Shown here one piece after another: positions 20,947 to 31,378 of a stretch of 64,000 nucleotides of DNA. The first letter of the stretch is position 1, and every line of letters begins with the position of its first letter. Both the position numbers and the translations under genes were made by a program. Below the pieces are notes generated by a model. The model ran no database searches and was not told the origin of the DNA. It saw only the letters and a program-made list of their open reading frames with translations. Source of the DNA: an uncultured Verrucomicrobiae bacterium (GTDB lineage Bacteria; Verrucomicrobiota; Verrucomicrobiia; Chthoniobacterales; JAFAMB01); the NCBI GenBank assembly GCA_963813025.1, contig CAWEXO010000011.1, positions 736,001-800,000 on the forward strand, written 5' to 3'.

Positions 20947-21454
20947 TTATTCTTCATCTTCAGTTCGGCGCCAGAATCGAAAAGTGCATGGCGGCGATAA
21001 GCCACTTTCCATTCTCTTTCGTGGCCGTAACCGACAGATTGAGCGGGAAGGTGAAATCTGTTTCCGTCCTTCTTTCCACTGACGTTGCCTGACGTCATCA
21101 TCCAACCCATGTCCGATCGCGAGTGCGCCGACGCTCGAACTCGTATTCGAAATTTTGTTCTCCAACGTCGAAGCCTTCAAAGAGATGTTCGATGGGCCGC
21201 TTTGAGTTCATCCGGACCCGACCAGATTTCCCCGGGACCGGTGCCCATCATGGCCGCTTTCTGGGAAAGGACAGCCATCACTCCATCCAGGTCGTGGTTT
21301 GTAAAAGCCGCGTCGTGCGCGTCGAGCAGAGCGCGAAGCGGCGCTAACTCGGGATTCTCCGGTTCTGCGTAGGCGTCTGCGCACTCGCAGCGCGAAGGGA
21401 CTGCGGCGGCGCGCTGCTTGCTGCGGCCACTGTAGTAGCTGCTGTTCGGTTCAT
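20947..21454 (-). CDS. NTF2/SnoaL-like protein (frameshifted; ends approximate)
   Basis: LRALLDAHDAAFTNHDLDGVMA...MMGTGPGEIWSG and, in another frame, TATKENGKWLIAAMHFS. Confidence 0.65.
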
Positions 21455-21644
21455 AAGCATTGTACACTTGTAAGCGAAGGTAATCGCTCAACAAGAGCAA
21501 ACTGAGTTCTCGCGAGGTTCTGTTTTGAGCGGCCGTTCGCTCCCGGAGGTCATTTGAGAGGGCTGGATACTGGAATTGCCTCGCAATGGCGTCAAGGGCG
21601 CTTGCGGTGTCTGAATCGCGGCTAAGGACGTCGAGAATCTTATT

Positions 21645-22552
21645 TTAAGCGAATTTCCGTCCAGTGAGTTGCTCTAATACTCGCAGCGGCGAGCTCGTCT
21701 CATTGCGCAATTGTGCGACCGGAACAAGAAAGGTTTGTTCTAGCTGATACTGGCCGCGCATCGCGGCATGCGAAACCTGGTCAGTAAAGGCAAGCCAGGT
21801 GGAGCCAGCCGGAAAGTCCAGCTCGAATCTGTTCTACCTCGGTCTGGTAGCGATCATCCATCTTCATCCGGTTATGAAGTTCGAGCATGAGATGGTCATA
21901 TGAGTGTCCGCCGGCTTTTCGTGACGTGAAGGAGCCTCAGCATACTGCTGCTTCCAAAAACCGGCCGCCTGATCGAAGAAAAAAAACGCGCAGCCATCTG
22001 TTCGAAAGGTTCGCCAACCCGCCAAACGCGTCCTCGGCCAGAGGGATTGACGTTCGTAAAGACTCGTAAAATTCGTTTTCCGTGGGTGGGTGCGGATGGG
22101 AAACTATCGACATGCAAGCGGGTGTCATCCTTTCGCCACGACGTGGCGCGACCCTCAATCTGGATCGGACGGAAACTCGTCCGTGCCCGGATCAATCCAC
22201 TTTCATAGGGAGAAGCCAAGCGCAGGACGAGATCGCGGGCGAAATCGGCAAAACGCGCAATCATCTTGCGAAGAAGTTCGGCATTCGGCGCCGAGGCGGC
22301 TGTCCCGCGGAGCGTCCGACTGCGCGGATCGTAGCTCACGTTCTTGGCCTTGCCGACGATCGCCGGAGAGAAGAGGGCGCTTTCTTCATCCGTCACGGCA
22401 AATCGGTACTGCGGGAGAAAGAGGATCTTCCCGCTCTCTAAAGCGCTGATCGCGCGGTCGACCAGACCAGCAGGAGCAGACGAATCTTGCGGCTCAATTT
22501 CGATGAGCTCAAGAGGGCTCATGCTCAGCCTCGCGGAATCCGTCGCCTTCAT
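21645..22552 (-). CDS. kdoO: Kdo hydroxylase family dioxygenase (frameshifted near the 3' third)
   Basis: SWRKDDTRLHVDSFPS...RILRVFTNVNP; continues in other frames as YDHLMLELH...FTDQVSHAAMRGQYQLEQTF to TAA at 21645. Confidence 0.8.
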
Positions 22553-22621
22553 TCAGGTTCATTTGATTTCCGCAGCGGTGGCAATCATCTCCTCTTCCGA
22601 AGATTACCCGAGGACAGAAAC

Positions 22622-23530
22622 CTATTTTACGTCCGAAGGTGCTCCGGAAGAAAGCGCGCGCTCCGGAGAACGGCGATTTCTCGGAGGAAGGTTCGGATCG
22701 AGAAAGCCCAAAGCGTGCGGCGGTTGGATGACGCGCACGCCCTCTTTGTGTTGCGTTTCCAGAATCGATTCATGGAACTGCTGCATCTTCGTCCAGTGCA
22801 GCTTCGGGCGAAAATGATGCTCCGCGTGGTAGCCATTATTGAACCAAAGCAGGTTGTACCATTTATCGTACGAGCTGACGCCCCAGGCGATTGGCTTGTC
22901 GGGATTGCCGCCGTAATGAAGAAAGTAACCGTTCAAATACGTGCAGCAATGTCCCAGATAATAGAATGGCAGAAAGAAGAGCCAAAATTTCCAGTTCAAC
23001 ACAAAGCCGATGGCAATGGTCAGGCCAAGAATCGCGATCTCAATTAGTCCCCATCGTGCGTCGACTGGGTTTTTCCGTTTGATTTCGGCATAAATGGTCT
23101 TTGGATCTTCGCGCAAATAGCTCAGGAAAATATAGCTCCAGGGATTCTCCGCTTCGCCGTTGTGCCCGTGGCGGTAAATCGAAATCCAGTCGTGTGTATG
23201 TCCATGCTCATCTGGGCGATCACTGTTCCCCATATGGTGCCGATGATGCACGTGCTTATAAAAGGTCTGAGAAATTCCGAGCGTAACCGACTCCATGATA
23301 CTGAAGAGTCGATTGAGGATCCTGGATTTAAAAAAAGGGTTGTGAATCAGGTTGTGCGAGACGCCGTTAATATTCCATGAAACGCTGACCGAATAGATCA
23401 ATCCGAGGCAAATCAGCAGCCACCAAGGTGCGTAGGGAAAGATGAAGAACAAAGTGACAACGTAGGCAAAGTGCAAAAGGCCGCAGGCGACACAAACTGC
23501 ATCCCATTTAGAGTACGAAAGGATTTTCAT
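22622..23530 (-). CDS. Membrane fatty acid desaturase family protein
   Basis: Three His boxes: HNLIHN, HVHHRHH and YHAEHH. Confidence 0.85.
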   Translation of the reverse strand: MKILSYSKWDAVCVACGLLHFAYVVTLFFIFPYAPWWLLICLGLIYSVSVSWNINGVSHNLIHNPFFKSRILNRLFSIMESVTLGISQTFYKHVHHRHHMGNSDRPDEHGHTHDWISIYRHGHNGEAENPWSYIFLSYLREDPKTIYAEIKRKNPVDARWGLIEIAILGLTIAIGFVLNWKFWLFFLPFYYLGHCCTYLNGYFLHYGGNPDKPIAWGVSSYDKWYNLLWFNNGYHAEHHFRPKLHWTKMQQFHESILETQHKEGVRVIQPPHALGFLDPNLPPRNRRSPERALSSGAPSDVK

Positions 23531-23691
23531 AACGCAGAAATCAGCTCCTAGTGCAGAGAATTAGATCCCGTCGGGGTCGAAGGATGTCAAGCGTTGTCTT
23601 GCAAGCGATTGCCAAAGGACGGGTTTTGCAAAGACAGAGAGGTCAGGTTAAGGCATCGAACGAAGGACGTTTGAACGCTTAGGTATAGTGA

Positions 23692-24177
23692 GTGAAACAG
23701 AACGCACGCTTTGTTCGGATCGCCCTCCCGCTCAAGTTGATCGCTTTGGCTTGTGGATTGTCAGCCTGCGCCGGCACCGGACGAGTGGACGAACGCGACC
23801 GCGCAATCGACACTTACGTAGTAGATGCAAACGTCACGGGTCTTGCCGAAGCGCGTGCTCGCCGCTACTGGATGGAAAATTCGAACAGGTTTCCGCCAAC
23901 GCCCTACCTTGCGGTTGATGCGACTTTAGTGTTCCCCAGCGAAGTCCAGAATTTGTGGCCTAAGCTCATCAACTCAGAAACTACGGCCAGTTTTTTTGGT
24001 CATGGGCTGGAGTCCGGCTCCTACTCAGAGCTGCAACTTTATTGCGTGCTGATCTTTGATACTCGAACCAGACAGCTAGTAGGTAACCGGGGCTACCTCG
24101 TCGTCGACCTGCCTTCACGCGGAAGCGTGGCTCGGTTTGGTCCTTACCTAGCCAGATATATTAGTGCGGGCAGGTAA
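23692..24177 (+). CDS. Hypothetical lipoprotein, paralog 1
   Basis: LSAC lipobox; strong similarity to the next ORF. Confidence 0.75.
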   Translation: MKQNARFVRIALPLKLIALACGLSACAGTGRVDERDRAIDTYVVDANVTGLAEARARRYWMENSNRFPPTPYLAVDATLVFPSEVQNLWPKLINSETTASFFGHGLESGSYSELQLYCVLIFDTRTRQLVGNRGYLVVDLPSRGSVARFGPYLARYISAGR

Positions 24178-24267
24178 ACTGGACTTGAATTGGTGCTCCA
24201 AGTCCGCGAGTCATATTTCCAATTGAAAACGCGTCCAGGGGAGACACTGTGAGACGCTCATAACAGT

Positions 24268-24765
24268 GTGAATGTGAATTTTTTCAGGGTCATTTTGTTC
24301 CATCGAGCATGGCCAATTGTTGTGATGGCAACGATGGCCGCCTGTGCGGAACACGCTTACTCGCGAATCGACAACCGCGACTACGCGATCGACACCTATA
24401 TCCCGAAGCCGAACGTGGTGGCTGTCAGCGAAGCACGCGTCCGCCAATTTTGGGCGCGCAACGCGGCCAGATTCGGAGGGCAGCCTCCGTACCTGGCGGT
24501 TGACGCAACGTATGTTTTTCCGAGTGAAATCGTCCAGGATCTGTGGCCAAAGCTGATCAACTCCGAAACGACCAGCAGCTTTTTTGGGCATGGCCGGGAA
24601 CAGGGATCCTATCAAGGCCTGGATATGTATTGCGTAATGATCTTCGATACGCGAACCAACCGCTTTGTTAGTGATCAGGGTTTCGTTGCGGTCAATTTAC
24701 CGACTCGAGGAACCATCGCGAGATTTGGCCCTTATTTAGCCCGGTTCATCGGTACCGGACGGTGA
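24268..24765 (+). CDS. Hypothetical lipoprotein, paralog 2
   Basis: MAAC lipobox; shares AIDTY, YLAVDAT, LWPKLINSETT, FDTRT and ARFGPYLAR with paralog 1. Confidence 0.75.
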   Translation: MNVNFFRVILFHRAWPIVVMATMAACAEHAYSRIDNRDYAIDTYIPKPNVVAVSEARVRQFWARNAARFGGQPPYLAVDATYVFPSEIVQDLWPKLINSETTSSFFGHGREQGSYQGLDMYCVMIFDTRTNRFVSDQGFVAVNLPTRGTIARFGPYLARFIGTGR

Positions 24766-24892
24766 GAAATGTGGGCGCAGTCGAAAACGGGACCTTCCGC
24801 CTTTTTCAGGGCGAGGCGTTGTGCAAGACAATCTGTTGCTGGTCGTTTCATTTTGTCCCTCAAAAGGCTTAAGTTAGCGTTTGAGTTGATCC

Positions 24893-25657
24893 ATGCTGAC
24901 AAAACGCATCATACCTTGCCTCGATGTCACGGCCGGTCGAGTGGTCAAAGGCACCAAGTTCCTGCAGTTGCGCGACGCCGGTGACCCGGTCGAATGCGCG
25001 ATGGAGTACAATCGCCAAGGCGCTGATGAGCTGGTCTTTCTGGACATCACGGCATCTTCCGACGAGCGCCGAACAATGATCGAAGTCGTGGAGCGCACGG
25101 CGGAGCAATGTTTCATGCCGTTGACGGTGGGTGGAGGAATTCGCAAGGCGAGCGATGTGCGCGACATGCTCCTGGCTGGCGCGGATAAGGTCAGCATCAA
25201 CACCTCGGCAATCAATGATCCGCGGTTGATCAGCGAGGCGGCGGAAACTTTCGGTGTCCAATGCATTGTGGTAGCAATCGACGCGAAACGCACCGAGCCC
25301 GGCCAATGGCTGGTCTACACCCACGGCGGGCGCCGGCCGACCTCGCTCGATGCTGTGCGCTGGGCGCGCGAGGCCGAAGAACGCGGTGCCGGCGAAATTC
25401 TGTTGACCAGCATGGACGCGGACGGAACAAAGGACGGCTATGATCTCGGACTCACCGCTGCGGTGGCCGACAGCATTGGCATTCCGGTGATCGCGAGCGG
25501 CGGCGCGGGCACCCTGCAACATCTGGCCGATGTGCTCGTAACTGGGCACGCCGATGCGGTCTTGGCCGCCAGCATTTTTCATTTTGGCGAATACACGATT
25601 GGGGAAGCGAAAGCCTACTTGGCGGAGCGGGGGGTAGCGGTGCGGACTAGCGGATAG
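24893..25657 (+). CDS. hisF: Imidazole glycerol phosphate synthase subunit HisF
   Basis: [19 protein letters not shown] and [13 protein letters not shown] motifs. Confidence 0.97.
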   Translation: MLTKRIIPCLDVTAGRVVKGTKFLQLRDAGDPVECAMEYNRQGADELVFLDITASSDERRTMIEVVERTAEQCFMPLTVGGGIRKASDVRDMLLAGADKVSINTSAINDPRLISEAAETFGVQCIVVAIDAKRTEPGQWLVYTHGGRRPTSLDAVRWAREAEERGAGEILLTSMDADGTKDGYDLGLTAAVADSIGIPVIASGGAGTLQHLADVLVTGHADAVLAASIFHFGEYTIGEAKAYLAERGVAVRTSG

Positions 25658-25699
25658 CGGACGGCCAATGGCCGATGGCCGACCGGCGATTGCGTCCGG

Positions 25700-26182
25700 G
25701 TGCTTGGCTGGGCTACCTTATTCCAGGTGAAGGAAATACTCGTCCCGGTCGACTTTTCGGACGTCACCATCAAGGTGGTCAAGGTGGCGGCGCATCTCGC
25801 GGAGCCGTTCAAAAGCCGGATTCTCTTGATGCATGTCGCGGAGACGGCTACGCCGATGGCCACAATCGGCGCCGCGCCGGATGTGGTGCCGGTCCCTCCG
25901 GCCACGGACAACGCGGTACGCTCCGATACCCATGAGCGCTTGGCGCGTCTAAAGGAGCTTTTCACTTCGGTCGGCCTGGAGTCATCAGTCATCGCTCTCG
26001 AGGGTCCGCCGATTGATCATATCATGGCGCAAGCCGAGGCGTCGCGCGTCGACCTCATTGTCCTCGGATCCCATAATCGGGGTCCGCTCTATCATCTCTT
26101 TGCCGGTGGCGTAATTGAAGGCATCCTGAAACGAGCTCGCTGCCCCGTGCTTATCGTGCCGTTGTCGGGAAACGCGCCGTGA
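25700..26182 (+). CDS. Universal stress protein (start uncertain)
   Basis: ILVPVDFS...DLIVLGSH...CPVLIVP. Confidence 0.9.
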   Translation: MLGWATLFQVKEILVPVDFSDVTIKVVKVAAHLAEPFKSRILLMHVAETATPMATIGAAPDVVPVPPATDNAVRSDTHERLARLKELFTSVGLESSVIALEGPPIDHIMAQAEASRVDLIVLGSHNRGPLYHLFAGGVIEGILKRARCPVLIVPLSGNAP

Positions 26183-27183
26183 ATTTCGCTACCTTGCCCG
26201 GCCTCGCTGTCCTGAATCCACAAGGTCGTGATCCGGATCAGACATTCCTGGAAGGCCCGGGGGATCCGAATGGGGAGCAGCATCCTCCGATTAACTACCA
26301 TGGTTATGCGGCGTGTTCCGCCGGCGGCTTTTACCGCACGGTTTCCCTGGCCGCTCGGCACCGCAATGTCTTGCTCCTCCTTCGCCGTGATTTGGGCAGA
26401 GCGGCCCGTGCACTGGAGACCTTAAAAGAACATGGCTGTTTTGTGGCGATTGCTTTTAAGGAAGCGGGCGCCTTCCAGGTGGAAGCTAATCTCGGTCGCG
26501 TAGGGCATTACGAAAAATTCCGGCGGTTGGCTGCCCGGGCCGACCTCTGTCTCTCGAGCACGCCGGACTTGATTCCAATTTACGCGGCGGTTTGCCGTAA
26601 CGTGGCCTTTGTGCCAACACCCTACCCCTTGGATTTCGAGAGCTGGACCTTTGCGCGGGATCCGAGCGGGCGGCAGGGGATTTTTCTGGGCACTCGGGAA
26701 CTGGATGTCCCTTCACGTCATCACCTTCTTTTGCTCGCGGCCGCAAGAACTCTTCCCTACTCGCTGAGCGTGATTGGACCAGAACAGGGCCGGCTCACGC
26801 GCCTGGTAGAAAATCTCGGGTTTCCTGGCGACCATGTGAGAATACACCCGCACCTTGCGTATCTGGAGTATTTGCGCTTAATCGCGCAGCATCGGATCAT
26901 TTTCCAGTTCGATAGCAGTTTGGTGCCGGGACAAGTTGCGGGCGATGGAGCGCTCTGCGGTGTCCTGACAGTTGGTGGCAACGGGGCGATCGAGCGTTTG
27001 ATCTGTCCATTTCTAAATGGGCACAGCAAAGACTTCAACGAGCTCATCGAGCTGGCTCGGCGGCTGATGATTGATGAGCAGTTTTACCGCGAGCAGCTCC
27101 TGGTGATGGAAAGAAGCGCGCGGGACCTGATCAGCTTTCAGGCCGTGCGCGCGCTGCTGGCAAGCTTGTTTCCCGGGCTTTGA
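26179..27183 (+). CDS. Hypothetical protein, possibly glycosyltransferase-fold
   Basis: 334-aa ORF overlapping the USP stop; only a weak C-terminal resemblance to GT-B enzymes. Confidence 0.55.
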   Translation: MNFATLPGLAVLNPQGRDPDQTFLEGPGDPNGEQHPPINYHGYAACSAGGFYRTVSLAARHRNVLLLLRRDLGRAARALETLKEHGCFVAIAFKEAGAFQVEANLGRVGHYEKFRRLAARADLCLSSTPDLIPIYAAVCRNVAFVPTPYPLDFESWTFARDPSGRQGIFLGTRELDVPSRHHLLLLAAARTLPYSLSVIGPEQGRLTRLVENLGFPGDHVRIHPHLAYLEYLRLIAQHRIIFQFDSSLVPGQVAGDGALCGVLTVGGNGAIERLICPFLNGHSKDFNELIELARRLMIDEQFYREQLLVMERSARDLISFQAVRALLASLFPGL

Positions 27184-27231
27184 GTTTGGGCGGTGCTTGA
27201 GCAAAGAGGGTGCCTCGCGGTGTCTTTTGCC

Positions 27232-27400
27232 CCTGTGCCGGTAGGGCGATCCGCCTTGGCGGACGAGCGCCAGGCGAGATCTTGTTTGATGTGTCCGCCA
27301 TAGCCTTGGCGAAGACGGAGCCGTCTTGGGAAGTGGCAACTCCGGCGTCCGGCTCAAACCAGTCTTCGCTAAAGCTCAGATAAATTTTCGCCCTGCCGAC
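27232..27400. repeat. GTAG-type REP cluster, family B
   Basis: CCTGTGCCGGTAGGGCGATCCGCCTTGGCGGACGAGC recurs inverted at 54942-54977 with one mismatch; closes with AAATTTTCGCCCTGCCG. Confidence 0.75.
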
Positions 27401-27482
27401 GCAGGCCAGAAACACATGGCGAGACAACTGACAAATTTTCGGCCTACCAAAAACCGGCTCTCGGTTGTAATTTACTGCTTTC

Positions 27483-27947
27483 GTGGCCCACTCTTTACAC
27501 ATCCAATCTTCGCCGCTTGTTGAGTTAAATCTTGAGTCGATCCTGTCCCTGTTACGATCACGCGGGATGCGGATCACCAAGAGTCGCAAACAGGTTCTGG
27601 CCGCGCTGCTGCGAGCAAAACGGCCGGTCTCGCTGGACGAGATTCAGCACGGCTCAAGAACGACCGAATGCGCGCCTGATTACGTCACCGTTTTCCGGAT
27701 TCTGAGTCTGTTGCTCGAACTTGGCTTGGCCCAAAAGGTGAATTTAGGCAGATCGTGCAGTTATTTTGAGTTGATCGATCCGCAACAACACTACGACCAC
27801 ATCGTCTGCACCGAATGCGGGAAAGTAACGTTAATGGTCGACGCCTGTCCGGTGGAAAAGTTCGAGCGCAGCATCGAGAAACGTTACGGATACTCTGAAC
27901 TGCGGCATTCGCTCGAGTTTTTCGGAAAATGCCAGGAGTGCGTCTGA
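27483..27947 (+). CDS. Fur family transcriptional regulator (start uncertain)
   Basis: RITKSR, VTVFRIL, HYDHIVCTECG and terminal CQEC motifs. Confidence 0.9.
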   Translation: MAHSLHIQSSPLVELNLESILSLLRSRGMRITKSRKQVLAALLRAKRPVSLDEIQHGSRTTECAPDYVTVFRILSLLLELGLAQKVNLGRSCSYFELIDPQQHYDHIVCTECGKVTLMVDACPVEKFERSIEKRYGYSELRHSLEFFGKCQECV

Positions 27948-27965
27948 ACCGGAGCCGGCGGTCGG

Positions 27966-29303
27966 ATGAAAGATCTCTTCGATGACCCGAAAGACCCGAC
28001 GCCGGAGTCTTTCAGCGAGGTCGCCGGTGTTCCTTTAGCCACGCGGATGCGCCCGGCAAATCTCGATGAGTATGTCGGACAACAACACATTCTCGCTCCG
28101 GGCAGACTTTTGCGGCGAGCGATTGAGGCGGACCGAATAGCCTCAATTCTGCTTTATGGTCCTCCCGGGGTCGGAAAAACAAGCCTCGCTCAGGTAATTG
28201 CCGCGAGCACAAAAAGTCATTTCGAACGGCTCAGCGGAGTGGAAAGTTCGGTCGCGGATATCCGGCGTGTGGCCGGTTCGGCCGCGTTGCGACTGAAAAC
28301 CAGCGGTGTCAAAACGATCCTGTTCATCGACGAGATCCATCGGTTTAACAAAGCCCAGCAGGATGTGCTCCTGCCTGACGTAGAGAATGGCATCGTCCGA
28401 TTAATCGGCGCGACGACTCTGAATCCCTTCTTCTATGTCAACAGCCCATTGGTATCGCGTTCCCAGATTTTTCAGCTTGAGCCGCTCACGGACGCGGATC
28501 TGGTCACCTTGATGCAGCGTGCGCTCGCTGACCCGCAGCGTGGTTTAGGTCGGTACCGAGTGAGAGTCGACGAGGAAGCGCTGCAGTTTCTGGCGACCTC
28601 TAGCGAAGGCGACGCCCGGCGGGCCTTGAACGCCCTAGAAATTGCGGTGCTCACTACCGCGCCGGGTCAGGACCAGACGATCGTAGTGACTCGCGGCATT
28701 GCCGCAGAGAGTATTCAGAAAAAGGCCGTAGTGTATGATGCCGACGATACCGGGCATTACGACACCATCAGCGCCTTCATCAAGAGCGTGCGCGGTTCTG
28801 ATCCGGACGCCGCACTGTATTGGTTGGCCAAGATGCTTTACGCCGGCGAAGACGTGCGGTTTATTGCGCGCCGGATCGTCATCGCGGCATCTGAAGACGT
28901 TGGCATGGCCGATCCGCAGGCTCTCCTGGTGGCGGTTGCCGCCCAGCAGGCGGTCGAGTTTGTCGGTTTGCCGGAGGCACGAATTCCGCTGGCGCACGCG
29001 GCGGTTTACCTGGCGACGGCGCCAAAGAGCAATCGGGCGTACGCCGGTCTCAATCAGGCAACCTCCGATGTGGAGAAAGGCCGAGTGCTGCCGGTGCCAA
29101 AATATCTTCGCGGATCGGGTTCGAAGCTTCTCGGGGAAGGCGACGGCTACAAATATGCGCACGATTATGAAGGCGCCTACGTAGCTCAGGCCTATGTGCC
29201 AGAAGGCCGAACCTATTATCTGCCCAGCGATAACGGTTTTGAGAAACAGATCAGAGAAAGGCTCGAGCATTGGCGCCGGCTGTTTGAGGAACAATCAAAA
29301 TGA
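27966..29303 (+). CDS. rarA: Replication-associated recombination protein A
   Basis: PLATRMRP, GPPGVGKT, DEIHRFNKAQQD and ISAFIKSVRGSD motifs. Confidence 0.95.
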   Translation: MKDLFDDPKDPTPESFSEVAGVPLATRMRPANLDEYVGQQHILAPGRLLRRAIEADRIASILLYGPPGVGKTSLAQVIAASTKSHFERLSGVESSVADIRRVAGSAALRLKTSGVKTILFIDEIHRFNKAQQDVLLPDVENGIVRLIGATTLNPFFYVNSPLVSRSQIFQLEPLTDADLVTLMQRALADPQRGLGRYRVRVDEEALQFLATSSEGDARRALNALEIAVLTTAPGQDQTIVVTRGIAAESIQKKAVVYDADDTGHYDTISAFIKSVRGSDPDAALYWLAKMLYAGEDVRFIARRIVIAASEDVGMADPQALLVAVAAQQAVEFVGLPEARIPLAHAAVYLATAPKSNRAYAGLNQATSDVEKGRVLPVPKYLRGSGSKLLGEGDGYKYAHDYEGAYVAQAYVPEGRTYYLPSDNGFEKQIRERLEHWRRLFEEQSK

Positions 29304-31099
29304 AAAGCTTTTTTGGTTCGTTGTTAGGCACTCTGGTTGCCATGTTTCTCTGCGTCGCCGGGCTGGCCTTCATTTTGCTTTTGTTGATAGGTCTGGCGGC
29401 GCTCCGGGGTAACAAAGCGTTTCAGGTAACCAATAATTCTTTGCTGGTCTTTGATGTTTCCGCGCCGATCAATGATGCGCCGCCCGAGCCATCCCTGGCC
29501 GCCGCTCTGAGCCAGGGACCAACGGGTCAGGAACCTACCCTCACCCTGCGTGAAGTGCTCACCGGTATTGACAGGGCCGCCACCGATAAGCGGATCAAGG
29601 GGATATTTCTGACCGGCAACGTCACGCCATCCGGTTACGCCTCTGGGTACGCTGCGCTCAAGGAAATACGGGAAGCGCTTCTTCGATTCAAAAAACACGG
29701 CAAACCCGTGTACGCCTATCTCCTCGTGCCGATGGCCCCGACTCTTTACCTGGCCTCCGTGGCTGACAGAATTTTTATTGATCCGCAGGGGGCTATGCTG
29801 GTTCATGGACCGGCGGCCGTGCGCCTTTATTTTGCGGATGCATTTCAAAAATATGGGATCGGAGTCCAAGTCACCCGAGTCGGCAAATACAAGTCGGCAG
29901 TCGAGCCATTCATCACAGACAAAATGAGTCCGGCCGATCGCGAGCAAACGCAGACGCTGTTGGCCGATCTCTGGTTCGAGATCAGCTCGGCGATCGAGGA
30001 ATCTCGCAAGCTTCCCAAAGGCGCTCTGCAGCAGATGATCTCGCAGGAGGGTCTGATCGATCCGCAAGCAGCGGTGAAAGCCAGTCTGGGAACCGACCTG
30101 GTCTCTCTCCCGCAAGTCGTTGCCGAACTCGAAAAGCAGTACGGCACCGACTCGGCAAAGAACACCTTTCCGCAGGTGGCTCTTGATACCTATGTGAACA
30201 GTCTGGAATCCAGCCGGCGCGCAGTGAACGGGCCGAAGGTCGCGATCGTCTATGCGGAGGGCGATATCGTCGATGGTGAAGGTCAACCCGGCGAGATCGG
30301 CGGAGACAAACTTGCCCGCCAGATTCACTCCTTGGCGGCGGACAACTCGGTAAAGGCAATTCTGTTGCGGGTAAACAGTCCCGGCGGCAGTGCCCTGGCG
30401 TCAGAAGTGATTCGACGGGAACTGCAGCGAGCGGCTCCGACGAAGCCGGTGATCGTTTCCATGGGTACCGTGGCGGCCTCGGGCGGCTACTGGATTACGA
30501 CGGCTGCGAGCCAGGTATTCGCGGAACCGACCACTATTACCGGGAGCATCGGTGTCTTTGGACTACTTTTTAACATCCAGAAGCTCGCCAATGATCATGG
30601 GGTAACCTTTGACTCGGCTACCACGACCCCTTTTGATTTGCTTGGCACGATCTCGCGTCCGCAAAGCCCGGCCGAACTCGCGGCGATCCAGAAAGTCATT
30701 GACAAGATCTATGATGATTTCATTGAGCGAGTCTCTAAGGCGCGCAAAATTCCTGCGGAACAGGTCAATGAAATTGCGCAGGGAAGGGTTTGGGCCGGTT
30801 CGGAAGCGCTGAAACTCAAGCTGGTGGACGAAGTCGGCGGGCTACGGGAAGCCTTGGCTTACGCCGGCAACAAAGTCGGCCTGGGGGAACATCCTTCTTT
30901 TGTCGAGTACCCGGCTCGGCAGGAACTTGAGCAAAAGATCGTGGAGCTCCTTCGCGGCCGCCAACGTCCGCCGGTCACCAAACTAGGTGTTCTCGGAAGC
31001 GCGCTGGAAGAGTTTAAAGAGGATCTCAAGAGCCTGAACTCCTTGAACGATCCAGAGCACGCGTACGCCCGGCTTCCAATCGGCATCCATTGGGAGTGA
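29300..31099 (+). CDS. sppA: Signal peptide peptidase SppA, 67K type
   Basis: RVGKYKSAVEP, RVNSPGGS, AASGGYW and TGSIGVFG motifs. Confidence 0.95.
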   Translation: MKSFFGSLLGTLVAMFLCVAGLAFILLLLIGLAALRGNKAFQVTNNSLLVFDVSAPINDAPPEPSLAAALSQGPTGQEPTLTLREVLTGIDRAATDKRIKGIFLTGNVTPSGYASGYAALKEIREALLRFKKHGKPVYAYLLVPMAPTLYLASVADRIFIDPQGAMLVHGPAAVRLYFADAFQKYGIGVQVTRVGKYKSAVEPFITDKMSPADREQTQTLLADLWFEISSAIEESRKLPKGALQQMISQEGLIDPQAAVKASLGTDLVSLPQVVAELEKQYGTDSAKNTFPQVALDTYVNSLESSRRAVNGPKVAIVYAEGDIVDGEGQPGEIGGDKLARQIHSLAADNSVKAILLRVNSPGGSALASEVIRRELQRAAPTKPVIVSMGTVAASGGYWITTAASQVFAEPTTITGSIGVFGLLFNIQKLANDHGVTFDSATTTPFDLLGTISRPQSPAELAAIQKVIDKIYDDFIERVSKARKIPAEQVNEIAQGRVWAGSEALKLKLVDEVGGLREALAYAGNKVGLGEHPSFVEYPARQELEQKIVELLRGRQRPPVTKLGVLGSALEEFKEDLKSLNSLNDPEHAYARLPIGIHWE

Positions 31100-31107
31100 G
31101 AGGGGCA

Positions 31108-31240
31108 CTGCTCGTCCTGATCGAGATGTAATCCAACAATAAGGAGGTCAAGCGGGAGCTTGCCCCTGCCGACCTTGGGTGTTGCAGGACCAAGCTCTTT
31201 CTCTGACGTGTCCGCCATAGCTTCAGCGACGGAGGAGGCG
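31108..31240. repeat. Dispersed intergenic repeat plus REP-like segment
   Basis: 31108-31175 resembles 54703-54770 (CTGCTCGTCC.GATCGAGA...TAAGGAGGT.AAGCGG.AGCTTGCCCCT); GTCCGCCATAGC also occurs near 27293. Confidence 0.65.
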
Positions 31241-31378
31241 GAAGTTGGGTGGGGACGGACTTCTGCGCGGTAGGGATGAGCTCCGGCTCGTCCGAATCGC
31301 GAATTGCCTTGCGCTGAGACGGTCAAGCAGGAGCTGGCACAGGGACGTAGACCCTCCCGGGGTCCTCCGCGACATCGC

